The notes: generated from the sequence alone by a model not told the origin. A stretch of 54,675 nucleotides of DNA from Verrucomicrobiota bacterium (GCA_039798785.1 JBDKFG010000053.1:1-54675), one strand, 5' to 3'; counted from the first letter of the stretch, positions 17,998-27,028 are shown. Program-made: numbers and translations.

Positions 17998-19188
17998 TTA
18001 TCGTTTATTGAGAGCGACGACACATTGGAAGAAGGCAAGATAGACGTAACCGACCATGCCGCCTATGACGATCAGCAGCGCCGGTTCGAGCATGCGACTG
18101 AGGACTTGGACACGACGGTCGAGTTCACCTTGATAAAAAGTGCCGAGCTCCTTCATCACCGCAGGCAGTGAGCCGGACTGCTCGCCGACTGCGACCATGC
18201 CATAGAAAGTAGGCGGCAGATGACTGGATTGCAGTGCATCGCGCAAGCTGTAGCCGTTGAGCACCCGTTCAGCACCACGCGAGAAGGCCAGAGCCAGCTG
18301 CGGCACTTGCATCAGGCTGGCGGTCAAGCGAAGGGAGTCGATCAAGGGGACTCCAGCCCCGAGGAGCAAGGCGAGCGAGTGACCGGCCCGGGTGACGGCG
18401 GCGACGACCAGAAGAGGGCCGAGGAGCGGCAGCCTCAAGGCGGCGTCCAGCAGCCCGCCGCGGATTCTCGCCACCTTCAGACAGATCCAGACGGCGAAAG
18501 GGGCAAGACAGAGAGCGGTCAGAATCAGTGGCCACCAGGAAAGGACCAGATGGGACAAGGTAAAGAGCGACTTTGCCATCCAGGGAACCACGGAGAGCTT
18601 GGCGCCGAAGGCCTTCTCGAACTTCGGCACGAGGCTGATCAGGAGGAAAAGGAGAACCCCCAGGCCCAGCAGCAAGACGATGGCTGGGTACAAAGCCGCC
18701 GCCAGCACCTTGCCCCGCAGCTCGCGCCAGAACTCCAGATTCTCGGCAATTGCGACGCAGGCATCGGCCAGCTGTCCGGAAGCTTCGGAGGAGCTGACCA
18801 GACGGCAGATCAGGGGCGGGAAGATCTCGGGCTGGCGCTCCAAGGCCTCGGAAAAGGGGCGACCCGCACGGATGTCGTCGCGAAGTCGCGCCAGGACATC
18901 TCTCATTTTGATCTTGTGCGCCTCGGCCTCCAAGGTCTCCAGGACGAAGGCGAGACTGAGGCCGCTCCGCAGCATCAAGGCCAATTGACGGAACAGCATC
19001 ACCTTGTCCTGCGTCGTCACCGGCCAGCGCGACAAGCTGCGGCGCAGCCGTTCGACTTCACTGATTTTCAGCGGAGTCAAACCTCGCTCCTTGAGAAGAC
19101 GCCAGGCTTCAGCCACATCAGCGGCAAGGACCTCGCCGGACTCTTCTTGTCCAGAGGCATTGCGGGCGGTGTAGGTGAAGGGGAGCAT
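17998..19188 (-). CDS. GspF/PilC inner-membrane platform protein
   Basis: FRQLALMLRSGLSL, SEASGQL, AALYP, VGEQSGSL, LEPALLIVIG. Confidence 0.92.
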   Translation of the reverse strand: MLPFTYTARNASGQEESGEVLAADVAEAWRLLKERGLTPLKISEVERLRRSLSRWPVTTQDKVMLFRQLALMLRSGLSLAFVLETLEAEAHKIKMRDVLARLRDDIRAGRPFSEALERQPEIFPPLICRLVSSSEASGQLADACVAIAENLEFWRELRGKVLAAALYPAIVLLLGLGVLLFLLISLVPKFEKAFGAKLSVVPWMAKSLFTLSHLVLSWWPLILTALCLAPFAVWICLKVARIRGGLLDAALRLPLLGPLLVVAAVTRAGHSLALLLGAGVPLIDSLRLTASLMQVPQLALAFSRGAERVLNGYSLRDALQSSHLPPTFYGMVAVGEQSGSLPAVMKELGTFYQGELDRRVQVLSRMLEPALLIVIGGMVGYVYLAFFQCVVALNKR

Positions 19189-19197
19189 GAGGAGCTC

Positions 19198-19268
19198 AGG
19201 TTTAAAGTTTAAGATTTAAAGTTTAAAATTTAAGGTTTAAAGTTTAAAGTTTAAGGTTTAAGGTTTAA
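19198..19268. repeat. Heptamer tandem array, ~10 x TTTAARR (one arm of an inverted pair)
   Basis: Read directly: tttaaag tttaaga tttaaag tttaaaa tttaagg tttaaag tttaaag tttaagg tttaagg tttaa. Confidence 0.95.
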
Positions 19269-19656
19269 CGACGATGGCGGAGCCGGTGATTTCAGATTTT
19301 TCCAAGTATTGAATGAGGCCACGGATCATTCGGGAAATCTCCTGGCTAAGGTCGTACAGGCTTCTGAATTGTTCTTCGGGCAGATATTTCTGATCAACAG
19401 CGACATAGAGTTGAGCTCTTACCTCCCCTGCCGAGCCCTTGGCATAATATAAAAACTGCACAAATTCCTTGTTATTGTTTCTTTCAAAACCTTCCGCGAT
19501 GTTGGAGAGGATCGAAACACAAGCCCTGGTGATTTGATTAACGAGCCCACGATCCTTCTGGAATTCACCGAGCCTGCAGGCAGCATAGACCTTCGCCGTC
19601 AATTCCCTTGCGAACTGCCAAGCTTGTATGTCCTCAAATCGCTCAAACTGGCTCAT
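19258..19656 (-). CDS. Four-helix-bundle protein (23S rRNA IVS protein / Avd-like family)
   Basis: FEDIQAWQ, QITRACVSILSNIAEGFER, FLYYAKGSAGEVRAQL; visibly lower GC than the flanks. Confidence 0.92.
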   Translation of the reverse strand: MSQFERFEDIQAWQFARELTAKVYAACRLGEFQKDRGLVNQITRACVSILSNIAEGFERNNNKEFVQFLYYAKGSAGEVRAQLYVAVDQKYLPEEQFRSLYDLSQEISRMIRGLIQYLEKSEITGSAIVVKP

Positions 19657-19687
19657 GACCTTTTCCCTTTTGCTTGGTGCTGCTCTC

Positions 19688-19727
19688 AACTTTAAACTTT
19701 AAACTTTAAACTTTAAACCTTAAACTT
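19688..19727. repeat. Heptamer tandem array, ~5 x YTTAAAC (inverted arm)
   Basis: aac tttaaac tttaaac tttaaac tttaaac cttaaac tt; contains the pilT stop codon. Confidence 0.95.
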
Positions 19728-20837
19728 CGGACTTCGTCTGAGATGGTTGAGCCGCTCCTCGAAGAGTCGCGAAGTCGCGAGGGGGCGGGCCTCGGCTTCG
19801 CTCACCGTGCCGGCGGCGACCAGTTCGGCGAGGTGTTGATCGAATGGGAGCTGGCCTTGCTGGGCGCCGGTTTCCAGGACGGTGTAGATCTGCGCCAATT
19901 GGCCGGTGCGGACGAGGTTGGCGACGGCAGGAGTGAAACGCAGGATTTCCACCGAGGCGGCGCGCCCCCCCTTGGCTTTGGGGAGGAGCCGCTGGGCGAC
20001 GACCCCTTTAAGGCAGTGGGAGATCTGGCGCAGGACTCCGGCCTGCTCCTCGGCGGGATACATCGCGGCGATCCGGTCGATGGCACCGACGGTGTCGGAA
20101 CAATGCAAGGTGGAGAAGACCAGGTGACCAGTCTCGGCAGCGGTCAAAGCCGCACGGATGGTGGCGAGATCCCGCATCTCGCCGACCAGGATGACATCCG
20201 GGTCCTCCCGCAAAGCGTCGCGAAGGGCGTCGGCGAAATTCGGAACATCGCTGCCGAGCTCGCGCTGGTGGACCAGCGCAAGTTGATTGGCGTGGGTGTA
20301 TTCGATCGGGTCCTCGATGGTGAGGATATGGCAGGCCCGCTGCTTGTTGATGGCGTCGAGCAAGGCAGCGAGCGAAGTCGACTTGCCGGAGCCGGTGGGG
20401 CCGGTGAACAGGACCAGGCCGTCACGCAGGTTGGCCAGTTCGGCCAGCTGCTTGGGCAGCCCGAGCTCCTCGAAGCTGTGGGGACGGTTCTCGAGGCGGC
20501 GGATGGCGAGGGCAGGCCAGCCGCGCTCATGGTAGGCATTGAGGCGGAAGCGGCAGCCGGGCGTGGTCGAAAAGGCGTGATCGGCGCTGCGCCGGCTGCG
20601 GAAGTCCTCGAGACGCTGCTGCGGCAGAAATTTTTCCAGCAAATCCTGCAGCTCTTCCGGTGTCCAGGCGGAGGCGCCCTCCAAGGGGCGCATCGTGCCG
20701 TCGAGGCGCAGGACCGGCGGGTGATGTGAAGAGATGTGCAGATCCGAGGCGCCTGCCGCGACGGCGGCGGCGATGACGGCGTGAAGCCTCTGGATGCTTA
20801 GGCCATCAGGGTTAGAAGCGGCTTCTGCTTCCATCAT
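19713..20837 (-). CDS. pilT: PilT/PilU-family retraction ATPase
   Basis: ASDLHI, GPTGSGKSTSL, HILTIEDPIEY, ALREDPDVILVGEMRD, AAETGHLVFSTLH, AVANLVR (AIRNLIRE-like). Confidence 0.9.
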   Translation of the reverse strand: MMEAEAASNPDGLSIQRLHAVIAAAVAAGASDLHISSHHPPVLRLDGTMRPLEGASAWTPEELQDLLEKFLPQQRLEDFRSRRSADHAFSTTPGCRFRLNAYHERGWPALAIRRLENRPHSFEELGLPKQLAELANLRDGLVLFTGPTGSGKSTSLAALLDAINKQRACHILTIEDPIEYTHANQLALVHQRELGSDVPNFADALRDALREDPDVILVGEMRDLATIRAALTAAETGHLVFSTLHCSDTVGAIDRIAAMYPAEEQAGVLRQISHCLKGVVAQRLLPKAKGGRAASVEILRFTPAVANLVRTGQLAQIYTVLETGAQQGQLPFDQHLAELVAAGTVSEAEARPLATSRLFEERLNHLRRSPKFKV

Positions 20838-21364
20838 TTTTTCTCCGGCTGAGTGGTGATCGGCGCCAGCAGCAATTCACAATTCAAGCTTCCGGATTTC
20901 CCCTGGACCTCAAGAGCGCTGAGCGCCAAGCCTGGAGCTGCGTTGGGGAAGTCGCGCAAAAGCATGACCAGAGCCTGATAATCGCAGGCGACGTTCAGTT
21001 TCGTCTGGATCTTCTCGTCCGTGGCGAAACTTTGGATCGCAATGCCGTCGGACTTGAGTTTCTGAAGGAGCCCTGCAAGTGCCTGTTCGGGGCTGATTTC
21101 ATCACTCGGGGCGAGAGGAGCCGGTGCCGGCAAAAGCCTCTTCAAGGTGTCGCGTCTCTGGCGCAAAGCCTCCAGCTCCTCCTTGCTGGGGGCTGGAGCG
21201 GCATCCACCGCCGCAGCCAAAAGTTCCTCGGCTTTCAGCTGGGCCTGGAGTTCCGCGACCCGGGGAGCGACATATTGACGCTTCCAGATCCAGGGGGCCA
21301 GGGCCCCGAGGACCAGGCAGAGGATGATGGCAAGCATCAATTGTCTGCGGATTTCCGGAGTCAT
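20834..21364 (-). CDS. PilO/GspM-like membrane protein
   Basis: N-terminal TM helix, coiled coil, CDYQALVMLL; operon position with ATGA overlaps. Confidence 0.6.
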   Translation of the reverse strand: MTPEIRRQLMLAIILCLVLGALAPWIWKRQYVAPRVAELQAQLKAEELLAAAVDAAPAPSKEELEALRQRRDTLKRLLPAPAPLAPSDEISPEQALAGLLQKLKSDGIAIQSFATDEKIQTKLNVACDYQALVMLLRDFPNAAPGLALSALEVQGKSGSLNCELLLAPITTQPEKK

Positions 21365-22920
21365 GGCTGGGCCTCCGCAGCCTGAGACTCGAGGATGAAA
21401 GCGCCCGACTTCTGGGTCAGGACACGGAATCGCAAGGTCTGTTTCGCCGAGCTCAGGACCTGATTGAGCTGAGCCGCAGCCTGCTGGACCTTCACCAGGT
21501 CCCGACAGAACCCGGATATCCGGATCAAATCGTGGCCATCAGCCTCCAGGCTGCTCAGGACGATGCCGTCGCCGAGACTCCCCGCTGCAAGAAGCAGTCG
21601 GGTGAATTCGGCGCTGCGATCGGAAACCCGCTGTCCAAGACGCTCCTGCTCCTTCACCGCGGCAAGGCGTTCCTCAAGGCTGAGAACTTCCTGGTTCAGG
21701 CTGGCGGCGTCTCTGCGGGCATCCTGGCGGACTTTCGACTCATCGCCACGTTGCTTCACCTCCTGCCGCTTTGTCGAGAGCTTGGCCTCCGCCGCGCGAA
21801 TCTGCCCCTGGCCGCTCTTCCATGCGTAAACGCAGGATCCGAGAGCAAAAAAGGCGCTTGTCACCAGTGACCAGCCCCAAATCCCGAGGCGTCGAGGCGG
21901 GGGCAGTAGACCTGCTGCAGGAGCCTGAACCGGCCCGGCCAGGCCAAGCGCCAAGGCGGCGGCGCCTCGAATCGCTGCATGCGCCGGCAGTTCGACGACC
22001 TCCAGAGGGCTGACGCCGCCGCCGAGCGCCTCACGCAGCACCGGCGAAGCTCCGAGGTCGTCGGCGACATGAAGGCGGCGAAGAGGAGAGGCCATCAATT
22101 CGCGCAGCAAGGAGTCGGGCAGGCCGTCTGCATGATATTGGTGCCAGGTCAATACCGCTCGGCCGTTTTTATCGAAACTGGTGAGAAGGAACTGCCCCGG
22201 CATCCTTTCGAGAAGGCGACACTCGCCGGCTTCCGGCAGAAGCGTCCAGGCGGCACCGCACATCGGCAAGAGTCCGAGGAGAGTGATGCGCCTGGTCTTC
22301 AGTGCGGCAGTCACCAGCCCGACCTGCGGCTGAGACCAGGCTGTGACCAAGGCACCGCCCCCACAGACTTGCCCGGCAATGCCGGCAGGCGGTGGGATCC
22401 CTTGCCAGGTGTCGCTGACAGCACTCAGGCGTTCGAGCTCCTCCGGACTGACCGCACCGCTGCTCACCAGTGATTTCCGCCACTGCGTCGCATTCAAGCT
22501 GCTGAGGCCGATGGTGGCGCCGAGGAGGGCGTCGCCGCTTTCGGCCTTCCATTTCCCCTGCCAATGAAGAAGTGTGGATGGACCGGGAGCGTAGATGAGA
22601 GCTGAAATCTGAGGTTCAAGCTCCCAACGCAGCATCTCCTCACGGCGCGCCTGCTCCTGGCCGCTGTCTGGCAGGGCGCTAAGGTGGAAGGGCAGAGCCA
22701 GTGAGCTCACCATGACGGCCTCCCAGGGCAAAGACCCCAGCTCGAGAAGCGCGGACTCGATCGCCGCGGCGTCGTCGAGTCCGGTCTTTTCGACGATCTT
22801 GATCATTTCCAAGCTCCCCTCGCGCAAACCGGCGATGGCGGCTCGGAAACGCAGAGGACTAAGCTCCAAGACGAGAATGGTCTTGCTGCGGCGGGAGGGA
22901 TAGGGATGAATGGACTTCAT
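21361..22920 (-). CDS. PilM-PilN/GspL-like alignment protein
   Basis: Cytoplasmic domain (EMLRWELEP), single TM helix, coiled coil, PilN-like C-terminus (GIVLSSLE..IRISG). Confidence 0.55.
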   Translation of the reverse strand: MKSIHPYPSRRSKTILVLELSPLRFRAAIAGLREGSLEMIKIVEKTGLDDAAAIESALLELGSLPWEAVMVSSLALPFHLSALPDSGQEQARREEMLRWELEPQISALIYAPGPSTLLHWQGKWKAESGDALLGATIGLSSLNATQWRKSLVSSGAVSPEELERLSAVSDTWQGIPPPAGIAGQVCGGGALVTAWSQPQVGLVTAALKTRRITLLGLLPMCGAAWTLLPEAGECRLLERMPGQFLLTSFDKNGRAVLTWHQYHADGLPDSLLRELMASPLRRLHVADDLGASPVLREALGGGVSPLEVVELPAHAAIRGAAALALGLAGPVQAPAAGLLPPPRRLGIWGWSLVTSAFFALGSCVYAWKSGQGQIRAAEAKLSTKRQEVKQRGDESKVRQDARRDAASLNQEVLSLEERLAAVKEQERLGQRVSDRSAEFTRLLLAAGSLGDGIVLSSLEADGHDLIRISGFCRDLVKVQQAAAQLNQVLSSAKQTLRFRVLTQKSGAFILESQAAEAQP

Positions 22921-23936
22921 GGAGCGGTGAACATTAGGGTTTCATTGGTGAGAGGCGTGCCGCGAGGAAAGACCAGCATCGGGCTTTGCGGTACGACGAT
23001 AGGACGGGAATCAGAACTTGATACTGGTATGATCTTGTCTTTCAATAAGGTGCCGCTTCGTGCTGTATCGATAAACACCGGATTCCGCCGCCCCCAAGGC
23101 AGCTTCTTGGCATTGATGAAGTTGAAAAAGGTCAATGAACTCGCCAGTGAAGTCGGAGCTGAGGCGGGCATGGTCACCACTTCGCTGACCCAATCCGAAG
23201 CGAGGATGCCATTCGCAGTTCCTGATGGCCAAGTGAGGTTGGCGTTCGCATCTGTAATAAAGGCCAGTCGGATCGTCGTCTTGCTGGCAAAATTCGATGT
23301 GCTGTAGCTGCTGAAGGTGGCGTCAAAGGCGACCCGGATCTTCAAAGCATTCAGAGGGATCCGACATGCTGAATCAGAGAGATTGATGCTGGTATCAGCA
23401 TCGTAGCCAGTCCCGCCGCTAATCCCGTCTTTCCCATTGCTGCCCACCGTCAACGTGCCGCCACTGCCGTTCAGTGTCGCGATGGAACTCGCCAGCGGAT
23501 AAACCCAGCCGAAATTTGATGCGTCGTCGGCGCTCCCGACATTGCCCCACGCATCACGAAATTCACTTATGCCCACCGGAATTTGCAGATAAGGGCCGCG
23601 CCACCCCGTTTGCAAGACGCTGTTCCAGGAACTGGTGCTAGCGGTTCCTGGGGTCAATGGAGCATTGAGCAGCTCGCTGAGGGAATTGGGCAGGCGCCCC
23701 ATGTCGGCCAAAAACCCAGAGACCACGGGATTTCGGCTGTTCAAAGTGCCGTGATCTCCGCAGATCGCTATTTGAATCTGATCCAGACGCGACTGGTTGT
23801 TGCGATGGCTCTCCTCGTCAGCGCCGCTCGAGACCAGAACCGCGACACTGGCCGAGAGGATGCCCAAAATCACAAGGACGAGCAGAAGCTCAAGCAGGGT
23901 GAAACGACGCGGCATGTAAAAAGATGGATTTTTCAT
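22917..23936 (-). CDS. Large minor pilin/pseudopilin
   Basis: RR-FTLLELLLVLVILGIL N-methylation motif; GFLADMGRLP, GWRGPYL, DAWG; ATG overlaps the upstream stop. Confidence 0.85.
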   Translation of the reverse strand: MKNPSFYMPRRFTLLELLLVLVILGILSASVAVLVSSGADEESHRNNQSRLDQIQIAICGDHGTLNSRNPVVSGFLADMGRLPNSLSELLNAPLTPGTASTSSWNSVLQTGWRGPYLQIPVGISEFRDAWGNVGSADDASNFGWVYPLASSIATLNGSGGTLTVGSNGKDGISGGTGYDADTSINLSDSACRIPLNALKIRVAFDATFSSYSTSNFASKTTIRLAFITDANANLTWPSGTANGILASDWVSEVVTMPASAPTSLASSLTFFNFINAKKLPWGRRNPVFIDTARSGTLLKDKIIPVSSSDSRPIVVPQSPMLVFPRGTPLTNETLMFTAP

Positions 23937-24970
23937 GGCAGGTACACCGTCATCACAAGCGGGTTGGCAGATGAATAGGGCAGTGTCTGCCGGGGATGGA
24001 GAAACAAAGGGGAATCGCATTGAGCGACGGCAATGATGTGATCTTTCAAGGTGCCGGCGCCGCCCGCAGCCTCATCCGTCAATACGGCCAGATATCTTCT
24101 CCCCCAGGGAGCACGCTTTGGCAAGCCACGGCTGTTGTTGGCGTTGAAATTGACATTGAAGGTATTGGCAACTGAACTGTTGCTGTCGAAGCTGCTGACC
24201 ATGTCCATGCAGGCGGAGCTCGCCAAGGTCGACCAACTTAGATCGGCGTTGACACTGGTGACAAAAGCCAAACGCACATTTTTGTTCTTGATCTGGCCGT
24301 TGAAGTCCTCTTTTTTGGCTAGTTCATCAAACTTGAACTGCACATAGAGCTGCGATATGTCGACGTTGTAATCGCTGTCGATGATGCTTGCGCTCAGATC
24401 CGCATCGTAGCCACTGCCTCCGGCAAGTCCATCCTTGCCGCGGCTCGTCAAAGTCAAAGTCCCTCGCCCGTTCGAGTTGAGGGTACTGATGCTCGCCGAA
24501 CTGGGAAGAAGCCAGCCGAAATTCAGAGCATCCTCGACGCTGGAGCCGTCGACATTTTGCCATCCATCCCGGAACTCGACTCTGCCAGGTCTCGGATTCA
24601 GATAAGGACCTCGCCAACCATAGGCGACACCAGGGCTGAAAAACTTGCCGCTGACATTCGAGACGCTGTCCACCGTCCACGACACTTGCGCCCCCTGGAC
24701 CAGTAGCTCGTTGAGATTCAGCGGCAGGCGTCCCATGTCGGCGACATAGCCGGAAACAGCCGGGCTGAGAATGGCCGTATCGCTGTCGAGATTGCCACAG
24801 ATCGCCTCTTTCAATGCAGCAAGCCGTTCGCGATTGAGCCGGTCGACTTCGGCATCAGCCTGAAGTGATGGCAGGAAGGCGGCGCTGCTCGCCGCCAGAG
24901 CCAATAGGAAAAGCAGGAAGACCAGCCCCAGCAGGGTGTAAGGACGGCGCTTGCTGGGGAATGGATTCAT
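23933..24970 (-). CDS. Large minor pilin paralogue with degenerate N-terminal motif
   Basis: RRP-YTLLGLVFLL (no Glu5); GYVADMGRLP, GWRGPYL, GKDGLAGGSGYDAD and PWGRR shared with the neighbour. Confidence 0.8.
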   Translation of the reverse strand: MNPFPSKRRPYTLLGLVFLLFLLALAASSAAFLPSLQADAEVDRLNRERLAALKEAICGNLDSDTAILSPAVSGYVADMGRLPLNLNELLVQGAQVSWTVDSVSNVSGKFFSPGVAYGWRGPYLNPRPGRVEFRDGWQNVDGSSVEDALNFGWLLPSSASISTLNSNGRGTLTLTSRGKDGLAGGSGYDADLSASIIDSDYNVDISQLYVQFKFDELAKKEDFNGQIKNKNVRLAFVTSVNADLSWSTLASSACMDMVSSFDSNSSVANTFNVNFNANNSRGLPKRAPWGRRYLAVLTDEAAGGAGTLKDHIIAVAQCDSPLFLHPRQTLPYSSANPLVMTVYLP

Positions 24971-25569
24971 TTCAGGATATCCAATTTGATGTCGTCGGCG
25001 GTGTTGAGAATCAAGTCAGGACCGTAGCTCTGAAGATAAGCTGCGTTGAAATTGGTGCCGGAGGGGACGATGTACAGGAAGGGTTTCCCCCAGGGATCGA
25101 GGACTTGCGGCACCGCAGTGGGAGGGAGAGATCCGGTGCTGGCACCGCTGATGGTGAGGCCGCCACCCGAGGGGATCATGGCATCGACACGGCCGTTGCA
25201 ATACGGGCCGCGCCAAGCCCTGCTCTTGCCCGGACTGCTGCCCCAACGATCGTTGGTCGTCGAAGGCTTGGTGAAGAGCTGGTCGAAATTGGCAGGATGA
25301 TCGAACCAGACGGCATTCGGCGTGGGATTCAATTGGCTGTCATCCAAGGCGCCCTCCTTGGGCAGGAGCAGCGTATCCTGGCGGAATTTTTGAAAGGCGC
25401 TTCGTAGCTCGGACATGTCGCTGAGCGCCATTTTCGTCTTCGCGTCCTCCGCCAGCCCATCGTAGCTGGAGACCACCGCGCCGGCGATGATCGCGACAAT
25501 CGCGACCACCACCAGGAGCTCCAGCAGAGTGAAAGGATTTCGGCAGCTACTCGACATCGGCACCCTCAC
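24967..25569 (-). CDS. GspG-like pseudopilin
   Basis: NP-FTLLELLVVVAI, WRGPY, LDPWGKPFLY, SYGPDL..TADDI; alternative ATG at 25557. Confidence 0.85.
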   Translation of the reverse strand: MRVPMSSSCRNPFTLLELLVVVAIVAIIAGAVVSSYDGLAEDAKTKMALSDMSELRSAFQKFRQDTLLLPKEGALDDSQLNPTPNAVWFDHPANFDQLFTKPSTTNDRWGSSPGKSRAWRGPYCNGRVDAMIPSGGGLTISGASTGSLPPTAVPQVLDPWGKPFLYIVPSGTNFNAAYLQSYGPDLILNTADDIKLDILK

Positions 25570-25595
25570 AGGCCTTTTGAGGATTTCAGAAACAG

Positions 25596-25628
25596 ACTCC
25601 GGCCCCCCTTGCGAGGAGGCCGGAAGTC
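25596..25628 (-). terminator. Hairpin after the major pilin gene
   Basis: Imperfect TCCGGCC../..GGCCGGA stem just downstream of the stop at 25642. Confidence 0.5.
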
Positions 25629-25641
25629 ATTGGCGAAGGAA

Positions 25642-26430
25642 TCAGTTCTTCGAGTCAGCGATCAGGTCGTCGACAGTCTTGCCGTTGGCGTCGATGACGG
25701 TGACGAATTTGGCTTTGGCTCCGCTGACGGGAGCAGTTGCATCCCCGACATTGAAGACCGCGAAGTAACGGCTGTACTGATTCTTCAAGAGACCGGGAGC
25801 GGCAGGGGCGACACCGAGTTTAACCGTCGAGTTTGCGGTCACCAAGGAGTTTTTGCTGCCGATGGCCAGTGCCACAAGAACGTCGGTGGTGCCAGCGCCG
25901 AATTTGCTGTTGTTGGCTGACTTGACACGGAGAACCGGGCTGCTGGTCGCCAAGGTGGTGGCGCTTGCACTATCGAAGACAGAATTGGGATTGCTCAAGG
26001 CATCAAGCACTGCCGCTGTGTTGGTGCCGGAGTAGTAATAGACGTTTTTGACGCCGATAGAGGAAAGTGCACTCACATGATTGGCAAGAAGCGGAAACTC
26101 GTCAAACACGGTATTGACGGTGGCGCTGCTTGTATTGGGAAGGCTCAGGATGAAATCCCCGCTGGTGCTCACCAAGCCGGTTTCATAGAAGTCAGGCATG
26201 GTTGAGTTGACATACGCATACTGGCGGATGATCTGGTCGCTGCTTCCGGCTGTATGGCTGGAGGTGCTGGCGGCGGCGTTGGCATCGACACCGTCATACG
26301 ACGAGATGATGGCGCCGGCAATGATCGCGATGATGGCGACGACGACGAGCAGTTCGAGAAGGGTGAAGGCGTTGCGGCGTTGAGCTTTCAACTGGCTGCG
26401 ACGGGCTTCGAGTTTGGCGAGCAGTGTCAT
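25642..26430 (-). CDS. Probable major pilin
   Basis: Basic leader, then NA-FTLLELLVVVAIIAIIAG; first gene of the operon, AGGAG RBS, followed by a hairpin. Confidence 0.85.
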   Translation of the reverse strand: MTLLAKLEARRSQLKAQRRNAFTLLELLVVVAIIAIIAGAIISSYDGVDANAAASTSSHTAGSSDQIIRQYAYVNSTMPDFYETGLVSTSGDFILSLPNTSSATVNTVFDEFPLLANHVSALSSIGVKNVYYYSGTNTAAVLDALSNPNSVFDSASATTLATSSPVLRVKSANNSKFGAGTTDVLVALAIGSKNSLVTANSTVKLGVAPAAPGLLKNQYSRYFAVFNVGDATAPVSGAKAKFVTVIDANGKTVDDLIADSKN

Positions 26431-26494
26431 TTTCTTCTTCTCCTGGCTTGGGGTTCAGATTCAGTCGGCCTGTTGACTGTCTAGATTCATTGTA

Positions 26495-26511
26495 TGCAAA
26501 AGCGATGCCAA
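26495..26511 (-). promoter_or_regulatory. Sigma-54 (-24/-12) promoter
   Basis: Minus strand reads TTGGCATCGCTTTTGCA (GG-N10-GC), ~65 nt upstream of the pilin ATG. Confidence 0.8.
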
Positions 26512-26690
26512 GCGCAATGCCTGAGCTTAAAAAAATAAAATCAGGATTTGACAATTCAAAAAACACCCTTAGCAACAAGCTCATTAGAACTGTCTAAATT
26601 ATTATAAATCAACATCTTGCAATGATCTCTCCAACAACCCTGTCAACCTCATCACAAACAGGGAAAGTTGCCTTCAAAACTTGATTCAGA

Positions 26691-26725
26691 GAAAGAAAAG
26701 GCCGCGAAACCCGAGGTTTCGCGGC
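26691..26725 (-). terminator. Rho-independent terminator
   Basis: GCCGCGAAACC-N3-GGTTTCGCGGC with a T-rich tail on the minus strand. Confidence 0.7.
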
Positions 26726-26777
26726 GTTGTGGGAATTCAGACGCTCAGGCCTTCGGAGATCGACGGGCTGTTCCCAA

Positions 26778-26960
26778 TCATCCAATAAGCTGAATATCAT
26801 ATTTTGCAAAGACACCGTCTTGAGACAAGACCGGAATGGCTTCGGCGCGAGCTTGCGCGATCATCAGCCGATCAAACGGGTCACGATGCCAGAAAGGGAG
26901 CGAGGCCAAGTTCAACAAATGAAGCTCCCGGCTATGTGAACAAACGATAGTCTCGATCAT
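26778..26960 (-). pseudogene. Truncated VapC/PIN toxin (C-terminal part only)
   Basis: LPFWHRDPFDRLMIAQARAEAIPVLSQDGVFAKY is a classic VapC C-terminus; the N-terminal PIN segment is missing. Confidence 0.75.
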
Positions 26961-27028
26961 GGTGAACTCCCTCCGCTGAAAAATAATTCTAAAGCATTTG
27001 ACTGTCAATACTTTTATCATTTCCTCCG

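Noticed and set aside
19258..19656. Diversity-generating retroelement (Avd-like gene near pilins)
   Set aside because: No reverse transcriptase in the window, and no repeat pair with adenine-specific mismatches; paralogue differences are mostly synonymous.
19198..19727. CRISPR array
   Set aside because: Contiguous 7-bp units with no unique spacers and no cas genes.
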